Origin: an uncultured bacterium
GTDB lineage: Bacteria > UBA8481
Assembly: GCA_964499705.1 (NCBI GenBank)
Contig: CAZCME010000013.1
Location: forward strand, 1 to 45,216
DNA length: 45,216 nucleotides
Reading direction: 5' to 3'
The translations under genes and the position numbers were made by a program. The first letter of the stretch is position 1; the number at the start of each line of letters is the position of its first letter. The notes below the pieces were generated by a model. The model was not told the DNA's origin and made no database searches. It saw only the letters and a list, made by a program, of their open reading frames with translations. Shown here piece after piece: positions 8,650-18,700 of the stretch.

Positions 8650-10161
8650 TTAAAGCCGGGCCATCGCCGAGAGAAATTCCTCGTTCGTCTCCGTCTGCAT
8701 CATTTTCTCCTGCAGCAGTTCCATCGCTTCCACGACGGTCAGGGGCGCGAGGATCTTCCGGAGCGCCCAGACTTTCGTGAGCGAATCCTTGTCGAGCAGC
8801 AGTTCCTCGCGGCGCGTGCCGGAACGGTTGATGTCGATGGCGGGGTAGACGCGGCGTTCCGCGAGCTTCCGGTCGAGGATCAGCTCCGAATTGCCCGTGC
8901 CCTTGAACTCCTCGAAGATAACCTCGTCCATCCTGCTGCCGGTTTCAATGAGCGCCGTCGCGATGATCGTGAGAGATCCTCCTTCCTCGATGTTCCGGGC
9001 GGCTCCGAAGAACCTCTTGGGCCGATGAAGCGCATTGGAATCGACGCCGCCGGAGAGAACTTTACCGGACGCGGGCACGACCTGGTTGTAGGCGCGGGCC
9101 AGGCGCGTGATGGAGTCCAGGAGGACGATGACATCCTTCTTCGTCTCGGTCAGTCGTTTCGCTTTTTCAATGACCATCTCCGCGACCTGCACGTGCCGCT
9201 GCGCCGGTTCGTCGAACGTCGACGCGACGACTTCCGCGTTCACGTTCCGCTGCATGTCGGTGACTTCTTCCGGCCGTTCGTCGATCAGCAGGACGATGAT
9301 GGTGGCTTCCGGATGATTCGCCGCGATCGAGTTCGCGATCTCCTGCATCAGAATCGTCTTGCCGGCCTTCGGCGGCGATGTGATGAGCGCGCGCTGGCCC
9401 TTGCCGATGGGCGAGAGGAGATCGATGATGCGCATCGAAAGATCGCGCTGCCCCTTCATCTCCAGCTTGAACCTCTTGTCGGGATACAGCGGCGTCAGGT
9501 TATCGAAGAGGATGCGGTCGTTCGCGAGTTGAACGTCCTGGTGATTGACGGCCTCGACCCGAAGGAGCGCGAAGAATTTCTCGCCCTCCTTCGGCTGGCG
9601 GACCTGGCCGGAGATCGTGTCGCCCTTCCGGAGCCCGAAGCGGCGGATCTGCGATGGGGAAACGTAGATGTCGTCGGGGCTGGAGAGATAATTGTAGTCG
9701 GGGGAGCGCATGAATCCGAACCCGTCCGGAAGAATTTCCAGGACGCCCGTGGCGAAAACATTGCCCGTGGACTTGGCCTGGGCTTCCAGGATGGCGAAGA
9801 TGAGATCCTGCTTCTTCAATCCTGTGGCATTTTCCACCGCGAGGCTCTTCGCCATCTTTGTCAGCTCGACGATCGACTTCTTCTGAAGACCGGCGACATC
9901 GAGCTCCGCGCCGCCCTCCACCTGCTGACCGGCGGCCGCGGCTTCTTCCTCCTGCTTGTCCTCCTCGGACTCGCGGGCAGCCTTGGCTGCGGCGGAGGCT
10001 TCCTTTACGGCGCTTTTGGCCGGGGAATCCGCGACATCGTCGTTCCGGTCCCTGTCGTCATCCTCGGCCTTGTGGCGCTCCGAAGCCTGCGCCTTGGCGC
10101 CACGATCGGCAACGGTCCTGTCCGAGACCGTTCGGTCTGAGGACGTCTTTTTTCTGGGCAT
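8650..10161 (-). CDS. rho: transcription termination factor Rho
   Basis: [41 protein letters not shown] and [15 protein letters not shown] before ATG at 10161. Confidence 0.99.
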   Translation of the reverse strand: MPRKKTSSDRTVSDRTVADRGAKAQASERHKAEDDDRDRNDDVADSPAKSAVKEASAAAKAARESEEDKQEEEAAAAGQQVEGGAELDVAGLQKKSIVELTKMAKSLAVENATGLKKQDLIFAILEAQAKSTGNVFATGVLEILPDGFGFMRSPDYNYLSSPDDIYVSPSQIRRFGLRKGDTISGQVRQPKEGEKFFALLRVEAVNHQDVQLANDRILFDNLTPLYPDKRFKLEMKGQRDLSMRIIDLLSPIGKGQRALITSPPKAGKTILMQEIANSIAANHPEATIIVLLIDERPEEVTDMQRNVNAEVVASTFDEPAQRHVQVAEMVIEKAKRLTETKKDVIVLLDSITRLARAYNQVVPASGKVLSGGVDSNALHRPKRFFGAARNIEEGGSLTIIATALIETGSRMDEVIFEEFKGTGNSELILDRKLAERRVYPAIDINRSGTRREELLLDKDSLTKVWALRKILAPLTVVEAMELLQEKMMQTETNEEFLSAMARL

Positions 10162-10273
10162 GATTTTTTCTCCCTGCGGACAGGCCTTCGGTTTTCGACC
10201 GTTCGCCTGCAATGATTTTTCGGCTCACCCTTGACTGACTGTTGCTACCTGATCTGGTTGGGGATTCGGGAGC

Positions 10274-10303
10274 ATCCTACCCGCAGCCGGTCTTTCCTGT
10301 CAA
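10274..10303 (-). promoter_or_regulatory. sigma70-type promoter of rho
   Basis: TTGACA-18 nt-TAGGAT, about 110 nt upstream of rho. Confidence 0.55.
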
Positions 10304-10320
10304 TAAAAAGGTGGGAAAGA

Positions 10321-10662
10321 TTATCCGGTGAGTTCCAGCTCATCCCCGACGGCGCACCCCGTACTCTCCGCCGTCCCCGCCGGCAGTTCCAGGCAATCCC
10401 GCGCATCGGCTCCGGCCAGCCCCAGCCAGGGGCGCAGGCGGGCGCAGATCCGCACAATACGGCCTTCCCCGTCGAGAAAGATCGCGTCGATCGGAAAACG
10501 CATGAAGCACATGTGGATGGACGGCGTGTTCTTCAGAAGAAGACCTTCGCCTTCATCGAGCTTCGCGCGCCCCATGAGCCCCATCAGCTTGGCGTCGAAC
10601 GAATCGGCGAGTTCGATCCTGTCGCCGAGGAGCGTGTTGCGAGTCCGATTCAGGATCTTCAT
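10321..10662 (-). CDS. DUF192 domain protein
   Basis: ADSF..KLMGLMGR, SIHMCFMRFPIDAIFLD and LELPAG. Confidence 0.9.
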   Translation of the reverse strand: MKILNRTRNTLLGDRIELADSFDAKLMGLMGRAKLDEGEGLLLKNTPSIHMCFMRFPIDAIFLDGEGRIVRICARLRPWLGLAGADARDCLELPAGTAESTGCAVGDELELTG

Positions 10663-10698
10663 GACGGGGAGTTTACAGCCGAAACGCGATCAACCTGC

Positions 10699-11643
10699 TC
10701 AGCCCATTTCCTTCATGACCTTCAGCGCGATCGGTCCCAGGGTCACGATGAAGATCGTGGGGAAGATGAAGAAGATCATCGGGAAGAGCATCTTGATGGG
10801 GAGCTTCTGCGCCATCTCCTCGATCATCTGGCGGCGCTTCGTCCGGAGCGCTTCGGACTGGATCCGGAGAATCTGGCCGATGGAAACGCCGAGCGTGTCG
10901 GCCTGGATGACGGCCGCGATGAGCGAATCCAGCTCGGAAACCTGGGCACGGGCGCAGATGGCTTTCAAAGCGTCCTTGCGGGTCGAACCAAGTTTCACTT
11001 CCTGCAGCATCCGCTCGAATTCCTCCGTCAGAGGCGTATGCATCCGCTCGCAGACTTTCTGGATCGCCTGGTCGAAACCGAGCCCGGCTTCGACGGATAC
11101 GGTCAGCAGATCGAGAAGATCGGGCAGGGATTTGCGCATCATCTTGCGGCGCTTCGTGACCTTGCTGCCGAGCCAGAACTTCGGGAGAACGAACGAGAAT
11201 CCGGCTCCGATCAGGGCGAGCATCGGAGCGAACTGGAGCGGCAGGATCTGGACGAGCGCGAGGAAGGCGAAGAAGGTGACGGAGATCATCGCGGAGAGAA
11301 GCTGCAGGGCCTTGAACTGGCCGGACGTGAGATTTCCCGGGTTGCCCGCCTGGATGAGCAGCTCCGCGATCTTGTCGACTTTCCTCGCGCCCTTGGCGCC
11401 CTTGTCGATCTTCTTGGAGAATTTCTCCAGCTTCGGCTGGATGATGCGTTCGAAGAAGGATTTCTGGAGCTGTTCCTGCTCGTAGGAGCCCGCGATCTTC
11501 TTCTTCTGTTCCTTGCCGAAATTCTGCAGCTCCAGCAGGCGCTCGCGGGCAATGTTCTTGTTTCCGCCCTTGATGAAATAAATCCCGATGCCGATGCCGG
11601 CGGCAATCAGGATCGTGATGAATCCTACGAGCAGGCCTAGCAC
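10699..11643 (-). CDS. tadC: Tad pilus platform protein TadC (T2SS F family)
   Basis: LPDLLDLLTVSVEAGLGFDQA, KMLFPMIFFIFP; follows tadB. Confidence 0.93.
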   Translation of the reverse strand: MLGLLVGFITILIAAGIGIGIYFIKGGNKNIARERLLELQNFGKEQKKKIAGSYEQEQLQKSFFERIIQPKLEKFSKKIDKGAKGARKVDKIAELLIQAGNPGNLTSGQFKALQLLSAMISVTFFAFLALVQILPLQFAPMLALIGAGFSFVLPKFWLGSKVTKRRKMMRKSLPDLLDLLTVSVEAGLGFDQAIQKVCERMHTPLTEEFERMLQEVKLGSTRKDALKAICARAQVSELDSLIAAVIQADTLGVSIGQILRIQSEALRTKRRQMIEEMAQKLPIKMLFPMIFFIFPTIFIVTLGPIALKVMKEMG

Positions 11644-11644
11644 G

Positions 11645-12661
11645 TCACATCTCCACGTTCAGCATGTTCTTGATGACGAATCCCCCGAGTCCCTGCATGA
11701 AGAATCCGATGAAGATGAGAATGTAGCCCATGGTCGATTCGAAGAGCATGCCCATGACTTCAGGATTCATGAAATACATGATGCCGTAGAGTCCCGTCGG
11801 GAGCGCCGTGATGACGATGCCGCCCATCTTGCCCTGGGCCGTCAGTGCGCTGATCGTGCCCATCAGCTTGATCCGCTCCCGGATCGTCGCCGCGATCGAG
11901 TCGAGAATTTCCGCGAGGTTTCCGCCGATCTGGCGCTGGATCAGGACGACCGTGACCGTCAGGTCGAAGTCGTTCGACTCCAGTCTCTTCCCCATCGCTT
12001 CCAGTGCCTCGTCGATCGGCATGCCCAGAGAATTCTCCCTGACGAGGCGCTGGAATTCCTCCTTGGTCGGAGAGGGCGCCTCGCGCGATGTCATCTCGAC
12101 GGCCTGAAGGAAGGAGTAGCCCGCCTTCAGGGAATTGGAGATGAGGCCGAGCGTATCGACGAGCTGGCCCTGGAACGCCGCCTGGCGCCCGCTCTTTTTA
12201 AAACCGAGTACGATGTTGGGAAATTGAAATCCGATAATACCGAGCGGGACGCCGACGATGAAGGCGTTTTTCCACATGATGTGGCCGATCGACAATCCCA
12301 GGAGAAAACAGAAACCGCCGATCCCCATCATGAGCGTCAGGTATTCGCTGGCGCGCCACTGCATGCCGGCCGACGAAATCTTCAGAGCCAGTTTTTGCCG
12401 ATACCCTTCGAAGACAACGATGCGCTCCAGCACCTTCGCGATATTCGCGAGAGGAGAAGGCTTGGCGCGCCTCGTGAGTCCCATCGCCGCTTCCTCGGCC
12501 TCGATCTTCTCCATCTTCTGGAAGTATTCCTTGTCGATGTAGGGCGCGAGAATATTGTCGAGCTTGGACTTGCCGTCGTCCTTGGTCTTGACCTTCTTGA
12601 CGAGAATGACCGTGATGATGATGCAGATGACAAGAATGACGCCGATGATGATCTGAATCAT
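11645..12661 (-). CDS. tadB: Tad pilus platform protein TadB (T2SS F family)
   Basis: SLKAGYSFLQA, IQRQIGGNLAEIL and ALTAQGK. Confidence 0.93.
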   Translation of the reverse strand: MIQIIIGVILVICIIITVILVKKVKTKDDGKSKLDNILAPYIDKEYFQKMEKIEAEEAAMGLTRRAKPSPLANIAKVLERIVVFEGYRQKLALKISSAGMQWRASEYLTLMMGIGGFCFLLGLSIGHIMWKNAFIVGVPLGIIGFQFPNIVLGFKKSGRQAAFQGQLVDTLGLISNSLKAGYSFLQAVEMTSREAPSPTKEEFQRLVRENSLGMPIDEALEAMGKRLESNDFDLTVTVVLIQRQIGGNLAEILDSIAATIRERIKLMGTISALTAQGKMGGIVITALPTGLYGIMYFMNPEVMGMLFESTMGYILIFIGFFMQGLGGFVIKNMLNVEM

Positions 12662-12724
12662 GAGGAAAATCCTTGATGAAGGACGCGGGAAAAAGGTGGG
12701 GATAAGGGGCGCATGATGTTCATC

Positions 12725-12733
12725 ATTATAGCA
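12725..12733 (-). promoter_or_regulatory. internal extended -10 promoter upstream of tadB
   Basis: Perfect TG-C-TATAAT in the AT-rich cpaF-tadB gap. Confidence 0.5.
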
Positions 12734-12829
12734 TTATCGAGTGACTATGGAGAATTACATGAGTAAAAAAATACGATGATTTCTCCGGCTTTCAAAGCTG
12801 CCGCTCAATCAGGCTGTCTTCATCCTTCT

Positions 12830-14314
12830 CTAGTGTCCTCCGCGGGCCTGGGAGAAGTCGATGGGAGCATTTTCCTCGGAGAGTCGGGCCAGCAGCTCAG
12901 GTTCACGTTCCAGCTCGACCGCCATGTTCTTCTTCAGCCACTCCACCGATTCTTCCTTGTTGAACCCGAAAATCGTCAGGGGAAGGATGATCCCGTTCTT
13001 GATGTACTGCTGGTAAAACGTCGGAATGTGCCGCATGGGCTGGTGGCTTCCGATGATCTTTCCTTCCGGCGAGAGACCGGTCTGCACGTATTTGAAAATG
13101 TCGGCGAGCTGCACCTCATTGCCGTCGAATCCGAGCGACTGGCTGATGTAGGTGATGCGGCGCGAGCCGTCGGCGAGGCGCGATTGCTGCACGACCATGT
13201 GCACGGCAGCGCCCATCTGTTCCCGGATCGCCTTCGACGGCAGATCGACTCCCGACATCATCACCATCGTCTCGATACGCCGCATGGCGTCGATGGGGGT
13301 GTTGGCGTGGAGAGTAGTGAGGGAGCCGTCGTGGCCGGTGTTCATCGCCTGGAGCATGTCGAGGGTCTCGCCTCCACGGCACTCGCCGATAATGACGCGG
13401 TCGGGACGCATGCGGAGCGTGTTCCTGATAAGGTCGCGCATGGTCACGGCGCCCTTGCCTTCGACGTTCGCGGACTTGGTCTCCAGGCGCACCCAGTGCG
13501 GTTGCAGGATCTGGATCTCCGCGGCGTCCTCCACGGTGGCGATGCGGGCGCCGGGATCGATGAAGGATGAAAGAGCGTTCAGGAGCGTCGTCTTTCCGGA
13601 ACCCGTGCCTCCGGAAACGACGATGTTCTTCATGATCATGACGGAAGCCTGCATGAAATCGCAGAGCGTCTGGGTGAAGGCGCCGAAACGAATTAGGTCG
13701 GCTGTGCGGAGCGGATCCTTCTTGAATTTCCGGATGGTGATCGTGGACCCGTTCAAGGCCAGCGGTGGAATGACGGCATTGACGCGGGAACCGTCCTTCA
13801 GGCGGGCGTCGACATAGGGCATGGATTCGTCGCAGCGGCGGCCGAGCGGGGAGATGATCTTGTTGATCGTCGTCCGGACGGCTTCTTCGTTGGCGAACTT
13901 CACGTCCGTAAGAGTCAGCTTGCCCTTCTTCTCGATGTAGACCTGGTTCGGCCCGTTGACCATGATTTCGGAAACATCCTGGTCATCGATCAGAACCTGG
14001 ATGACTCCCAGACCGAGGATGTCATCGAGGAGTTCCTTGATGACTTCCTCGTGTTCCTTCTTCGTCAGCGTCACGCCGATGTCGGATCCCAGGAGCGCGA
14101 TGTTCTCCTCGATCCGTGCGCGCAGGAGCGTCCGCTTCATTTCCTGGTCGGGCATGGCGAGAAGCGCGGAGTCGATTTCGGCGATCAGTTTTTCCTGTAC
14201 TCGTTTCTTGAGGATATCGCGGGGCGATAGAGCGGCCTTTTCCGCCGTGGATGTGGCGGCCTTCTCCTTCTGGGCCGTCTTTTTCATCGATTCGAGACGT
14301 TCTAGGAGCGACAT
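12830..14314 (-). CDS. cpaF: Tad pilus assembly ATPase CpaF/TadA
   Basis: EIMVNG, VDARLKDGSRVN, GGTGSGKTT, LRMRPDRVIIGE and AMNTGHDG. Confidence 0.97.
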   Translation of the reverse strand: MSLLERLESMKKTAQKEKAATSTAEKAALSPRDILKKRVQEKLIAEIDSALLAMPDQEMKRTLLRARIEENIALLGSDIGVTLTKKEHEEVIKELLDDILGLGVIQVLIDDQDVSEIMVNGPNQVYIEKKGKLTLTDVKFANEEAVRTTINKIISPLGRRCDESMPYVDARLKDGSRVNAVIPPLALNGSTITIRKFKKDPLRTADLIRFGAFTQTLCDFMQASVMIMKNIVVSGGTGSGKTTLLNALSSFIDPGARIATVEDAAEIQILQPHWVRLETKSANVEGKGAVTMRDLIRNTLRMRPDRVIIGECRGGETLDMLQAMNTGHDGSLTTLHANTPIDAMRRIETMVMMSGVDLPSKAIREQMGAAVHMVVQQSRLADGSRRITYISQSLGFDGNEVQLADIFKYVQTGLSPEGKIIGSHQPMRHIPTFYQQYIKNGIILPLTIFGFNKEESVEWLKKNMAVELEREPELLARLSEENAPIDFSQARGGH

Positions 14315-14348
14315 GGTGGTATTTTAGCGGGACAGCAAGGATGATCAA
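14315..14348 (-). promoter_or_regulatory. sigma70-type promoter, probably leaderless, for cpaF
   Basis: TTGATC-16 nt-TAAAAT-6 nt-ATG(14314); no SD. Confidence 0.5.
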
Positions 14349-14350
14349 CA

Positions 14351-14454
14351 GGAAAATCCTGAATCCTGAATCCCAGCAATCTCCTCCCAGGCTGATTCTT
14401 GGATTTCGGATTCAGGATTTCGCTTGGATCACGGATTTAGGATTCAGGATTTCC
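14351..14454. repeat. heptamer-based (AATCCTG / CAGGATT) inverted repeat element with three arms
   Basis: GGAAAATCCTGAATCCTGAATCCC (14351-14374) is complementary to both GGATTTCGGATTCAGGATTTC (14401-14421) and CGGATTTAGGATTCAGGATTTCC (14432-14454). Confidence 0.85.
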
Positions 14455-14459
14455 CAAGC

Positions 14460-15716
14460 CTACTTCTTCTTCCCGAAAAGGCCTCCGCCCTTCTTCTTGG
14501 CCTTGCCGGCATCCGCTTCCTCCGCGCCCGCCTGGATATCGTCGGGGCAGATGATCTTGACAAGCTCGTTCATGGCTTTCGCCACCATCGAGTCCGGCGA
14601 GCGCAGATAGACCGGTTCGCCCTCGTTGACGGCAGGCATCACCGCGGCACCCTCGGAGGGTATGGTCGCGGCGACTTCCGCCTCCAGAGTCTTCTCGATG
14701 TCCGCCTTCTTGAACGCGGAGTCCTTCGACTCGCGGTTCATGATGATCTTGACCTTGTCGGAGCTGTAACCGAAGGTCTGCATGATCTCCATCATGAGCT
14801 TGCCGTCCTTGATCGTCGGCAGTTCCATGGTAAGAAGCAGCAGGATGAAATCGGAAAGTTCCAGCGACGTCAGGACCGTGTCGGAAAGAAACGCCGGCGT
14901 ATCGACGACGATGTAGTGGAATTTTTCCTTCATCTTCCGGAGGATCTGATCGATGTGCGGGCCCTTGACGAGATCGGCTTCGTCCGGCCGGACAGGAGCG
15001 GTCAGGACGCTCACACCGCTGCCTTCATGCACGATCAGGTGCGCGTTCAAGACGTCGTCTTCGAGCGTGCCGGAGTCCGCGATCTCGCGGGCGAGGGCCG
15101 CGATCGTGTTCTTCGGCTGGATGTGCATCATGATGGAGACGTCGCCGAACTGGAGATCGAGGTCGACGAGGGCGACCTTCTTGCCGGTGAGCTTCTTCAG
15201 GGCGCAGGCGAGGTTGATGGCGATAAGCGACCGCCCTACTCCTCCCTTTGTGGAAAAGATCGTCATCAGCTTGGCGTTGATGACCTCCTCTTCCCTGGTG
15301 CCGACGATCGCGGAGTAGGCTTCCTTCTTCTTCTCGCTGATGTCGGCGACGAGCTTGATGATCTCGACGAGGTCCCCCGCGTCGTACGGCTTGGGAAGAA
15401 CCTGGCGGACTCCGGCCAGCATCGCCTTGCGGAGGAAGAGGCCGTCGCCGCCTTCCGTGGATATCATCACCATGTCGGTGGTGGGGGCCTGAATCGAGAG
15501 CGTCTCGGCGCAGGCAAGGCCGTCAGGATTCTCGCCGCCCAGTTCGGAATCGATGAGAATGATCGAAGGATTCATCTCCTTCACCATCTTCACTCCGTCG
15601 GCCGCGTTGTCGGTCTCGCCAATCACCTCGAAGTTCTGCTCGACGAGAAACGCCTTCTTCAATTTCACGCGCTCGTCGACCGATCCGACGATGACGATGA
15701 GACGAATATCGCTCAC
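14460..15716 (-). CDS. cpaE: CpaE/TadZ-like pilus localisation protein (receiver + MinD/ParA ATPase)
   Basis: N-terminal REC-like domain (IILID, LPKP); STKGGVGRS deviant Walker A; VDLDLQFGD; GTG start at 15716 just after the secretin stop. Confidence 0.88.
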   Translation of the reverse strand: MSDIRLIVIVGSVDERVKLKKAFLVEQNFEVIGETDNAADGVKMVKEMNPSIILIDSELGGENPDGLACAETLSIQAPTTDMVMISTEGGDGLFLRKAMLAGVRQVLPKPYDAGDLVEIIKLVADISEKKKEAYSAIVGTREEEVINAKLMTIFSTKGGVGRSLIAINLACALKKLTGKKVALVDLDLQFGDVSIMMHIQPKNTIAALAREIADSGTLEDDVLNAHLIVHEGSGVSVLTAPVRPDEADLVKGPHIDQILRKMKEKFHYIVVDTPAFLSDTVLTSLELSDFILLLLTMELPTIKDGKLMMEIMQTFGYSSDKVKIIMNRESKDSAFKKADIEKTLEAEVAATIPSEGAAVMPAVNEGEPVYLRSPDSMVAKAMNELVKIICPDDIQAGAEEADAGKAKKKGGGLFGKKK

Positions 15717-15720
15717 GCTT

Positions 15721-18700
15721 TTATCTCCCCGCGGTGGCGGGCGTGGCGGCTGTGGAGGAGGGCTTGGTGACTGTGGGAGCCGGATTGGGGATGTCGGTCC
15801 GGGGGCCGCCGACCACCTGGTCAACCTCGCTGATGGTTCCATCCGCGGGGATGACGCGCGTCGTGAGGAAGATCAGGAGATCCACGTCCTGGACCGTGTT
15901 TTGATCGCTCTGGAAGAGCTTTCCGAGCCACGGGATGTCGCCGAGAATCGGAACTTTTGAGGCGGCGCCGGTCTTGGCCCGGGATGAGAGGCCGCCGATG
16001 ACGAGCGGTGTCCCGGACCGCACCATGACGCGGGTGCGCGCATTCCGTTCGCTGACGTTATTGACAACCGTGAATGTCGATGTGCCTTCTCCGAATTCGC
16101 GGGGCTCGCCGTTCGGACGAGACACGATGGCTTCCAGATCGAGCGAGATGATTCCGTTCTGACCGATCGTCGGGTTGACATCGAGCGTGATACCGATATC
16201 AACGGGCGTCGCTTCCGTTGATGTCGAGATTCCGCCGCCGTCCGTGACGGTCGTCGTCGTCGAAATGTCGAAGACACGATCTATGCTCTGCAGCCGCGCC
16301 GACTGGTTATTGACCGTGACGATTCTCGGCGAGGAAAGCACTTCAGCATCGTTGCTGGATTCCAACGCGTTGATGAGCACATCGATGTTCGAGAAGCGCA
16401 TTCCGTTCAGGTTGAAGCTCCTGGCGCCCAGCATCCCGAAGAGTATCCCGTTTCCGAGGATCGGATTCGTCGTCCCCAATGGATCGGCCGGGTCTCCCGT
16501 GATCGCCGATGCGCTGCCACTGGGGCTGTAGCCCGCGAACGGACGATTGCCGGTCGTCTGATTCACCGTCGAAAGTCCCCAGTCGATACCCAGCTGCTTG
16601 ATGATCGTCCGGTTGATCTCGACGAACTTGGCCTCGATGAGCACCTGCTGGATCGCGCCCTGGTCCATGGTCTTGGCAAACCGCTCGATCTCGGCGAAGC
16701 GGTCATTCGGAGCCCGGATGATGAGGCGGTTGGAAACGGAGTCGAGCGTGATGGAGAGGCCCGGCACGTCGGGATAGGCGCGGCCGATGAGATTGGCGAT
16801 GTCCGCGGCGCCGCGTGATTTCATGGTGATGATCCGGGGAGAATTGTCGCCTGTCTGGCGAACGTCGACCACGACTCCGTCGCGGAACGTGATGACATAC
16901 TCGGAATAGGTGTAGACTTTCTCATTGGAACGATCGCCCGGACGAATGGCGAAAGGCGCGCCACCCAGAACACGCGCCACGTCCCGCTCCGTCATTCCCT
17001 GCATCACGCTTCCGCCTTCAATGACGGTGAGCTGTTCTTCCGGCGTCAGCATCTGGAATTCCGTGCCGGACGCATACGGAACGGCGACGGAGACTCCTCG
17101 GCGCACGATTTCGGATCCGGCCAGATTGTCGAACCGTATGAGGCGGTCGTGGAAATAAAGCGCGTCGCCGAAGTCGTATTTCACGGTCTGCGTCCCGTCC
17201 GCATTCGCGGTCACGCGAAGCGGGCGATCTCCCAGGATTTTTTCCACATCAGACCGCAGGAGATTCGGCGTCAGTTGTTTCCGGAGAATCGCATTCCGGA
17301 CATCGTCTGATCCGGGATACATTTGGATCTCCGTCAGCACATCCTGGCGGAACCGAAGCATGCGGTTACCCAGGTCGTAAGAGAGATACAGATCCCCGTT
17401 TTCAATGGTGCGCAGCGGCGTCGTGTCCAGGGCATATCCGAGCGCCGCCTCGACCTGGGCACGTGTCATCCCGGTCAGGAGCACCCTTTCTTCCAGGGCC
17501 TGCAGCACATCGGCATCGATATACCGGGGGAGCATGTCCAGCAAAGTCTTCTGCAGGAGCGCGACCTGCTCGGGCGGACCGTTCATCGTGAGCGTGCCGC
17601 CTTCGAAGGCGAGAGACAACGGCGTCTGGTTGGGCACTTCGGGAAGACGGGCGACGGCGGCTCGAAGCTCGTCGATGATCGCGCGGCGACGGTCGTCGTC
17701 GATCATGGGTGAGAAACGGCCGATGAGGAATCCGACCTGGCGCGCAGGCTGGGTGACCATGATGCCTAGAGTGGGATCGAAGACACGCTGGCCGGGAACC
17801 GTGTAGACGCTTGAATCAATGGTGATCAGAGACTGCGGCTTCGGACGGTCCGTGAATGCGACCACATTGTCGATGAAGGCTATGGTGCCGGTGTCGGCGT
17901 AGATCATGAGGCTGCCTTCGTCGCTGTAACCGACGGTCCGGTAATTCAATCCCGCGCCGGACGCGTTCAACTGAGAGAGAACGCTCACGATGTCGGCGCC
18001 CGTGATGTACTTGAAGCGATAGGCGCGCCCGACGAATTCCGTGCCGCCGATGCGGACGAGAGGCATGCGCTGGCCGGTCGGAGGACCTTCGAGCGGCATG
18101 GTCGGGGAGGTGGACTGGATCTCGATGATGCGCCCGTCCCGGACCCGCACGCGCATCAGGGGATAGGAGTACGTGTACACGATCGCGCCGCCTTCGGCCT
18201 GAGCCGTCGGTGGTGAAGAGGGCTTGCCGATCGATTGCTCCATTTCCGCGATCGTCATTCCTTCGAGAATCAGATGATTTTCGATCGCCGCCGCGATCAC
18301 ATCCTCGCGCGCCAGATCCCGCGCGCGGACCTCGATGACCGTTCCTTCATCCACGACGATATCGACCGCGGGAAAACGGTAGATATCGACTGGCACGGAA
18401 TCTCTCATCTCCGTTCGCAGAACCGGCGGCATCGTCTTCTGGGACTGGCGCACCTCTTCCAGCGACATCCCTTCGATCACGTAGCCGCGTTCGATCGCCT
18501 TCTCGATGAGCGCCGTATCGACCTGGAGCCCGCGGAAGAGGCGGCTTGCGGTGGGAGCCGTGTTCACTTTCAATTCGTATTTGATGCCGCGTGACTGGAA
18601 GATCTGTTCCGCCTGCGCGATGGTCCGCGCCATGTCCGAAGTCTGACCGTGCAGGATGACCCGATTCGGCTCCACGTCGATCCTCGTCACACCGATGGGG

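Noticed and set aside
10178-10212. Hairpin with GAAA-containing loop in the rho leader, loosely resembling GEMM
   Set aside because: It is too short and lacks the second stem; it could be an ordinary leader structure.
9025-11640. Long antisense ORFs (9025-10140 and 10231-11640; likewise 14424-15770, 24395-25888 and 28576-29667)
   Set aside because: These are shadow frames of well-supported genes in high-GC DNA, with no recognisable motifs.
14351-14454. CRISPR array
   Set aside because: The units are 7-nt tandem and inverted repeats without unique spacers, and there are no cas genes.
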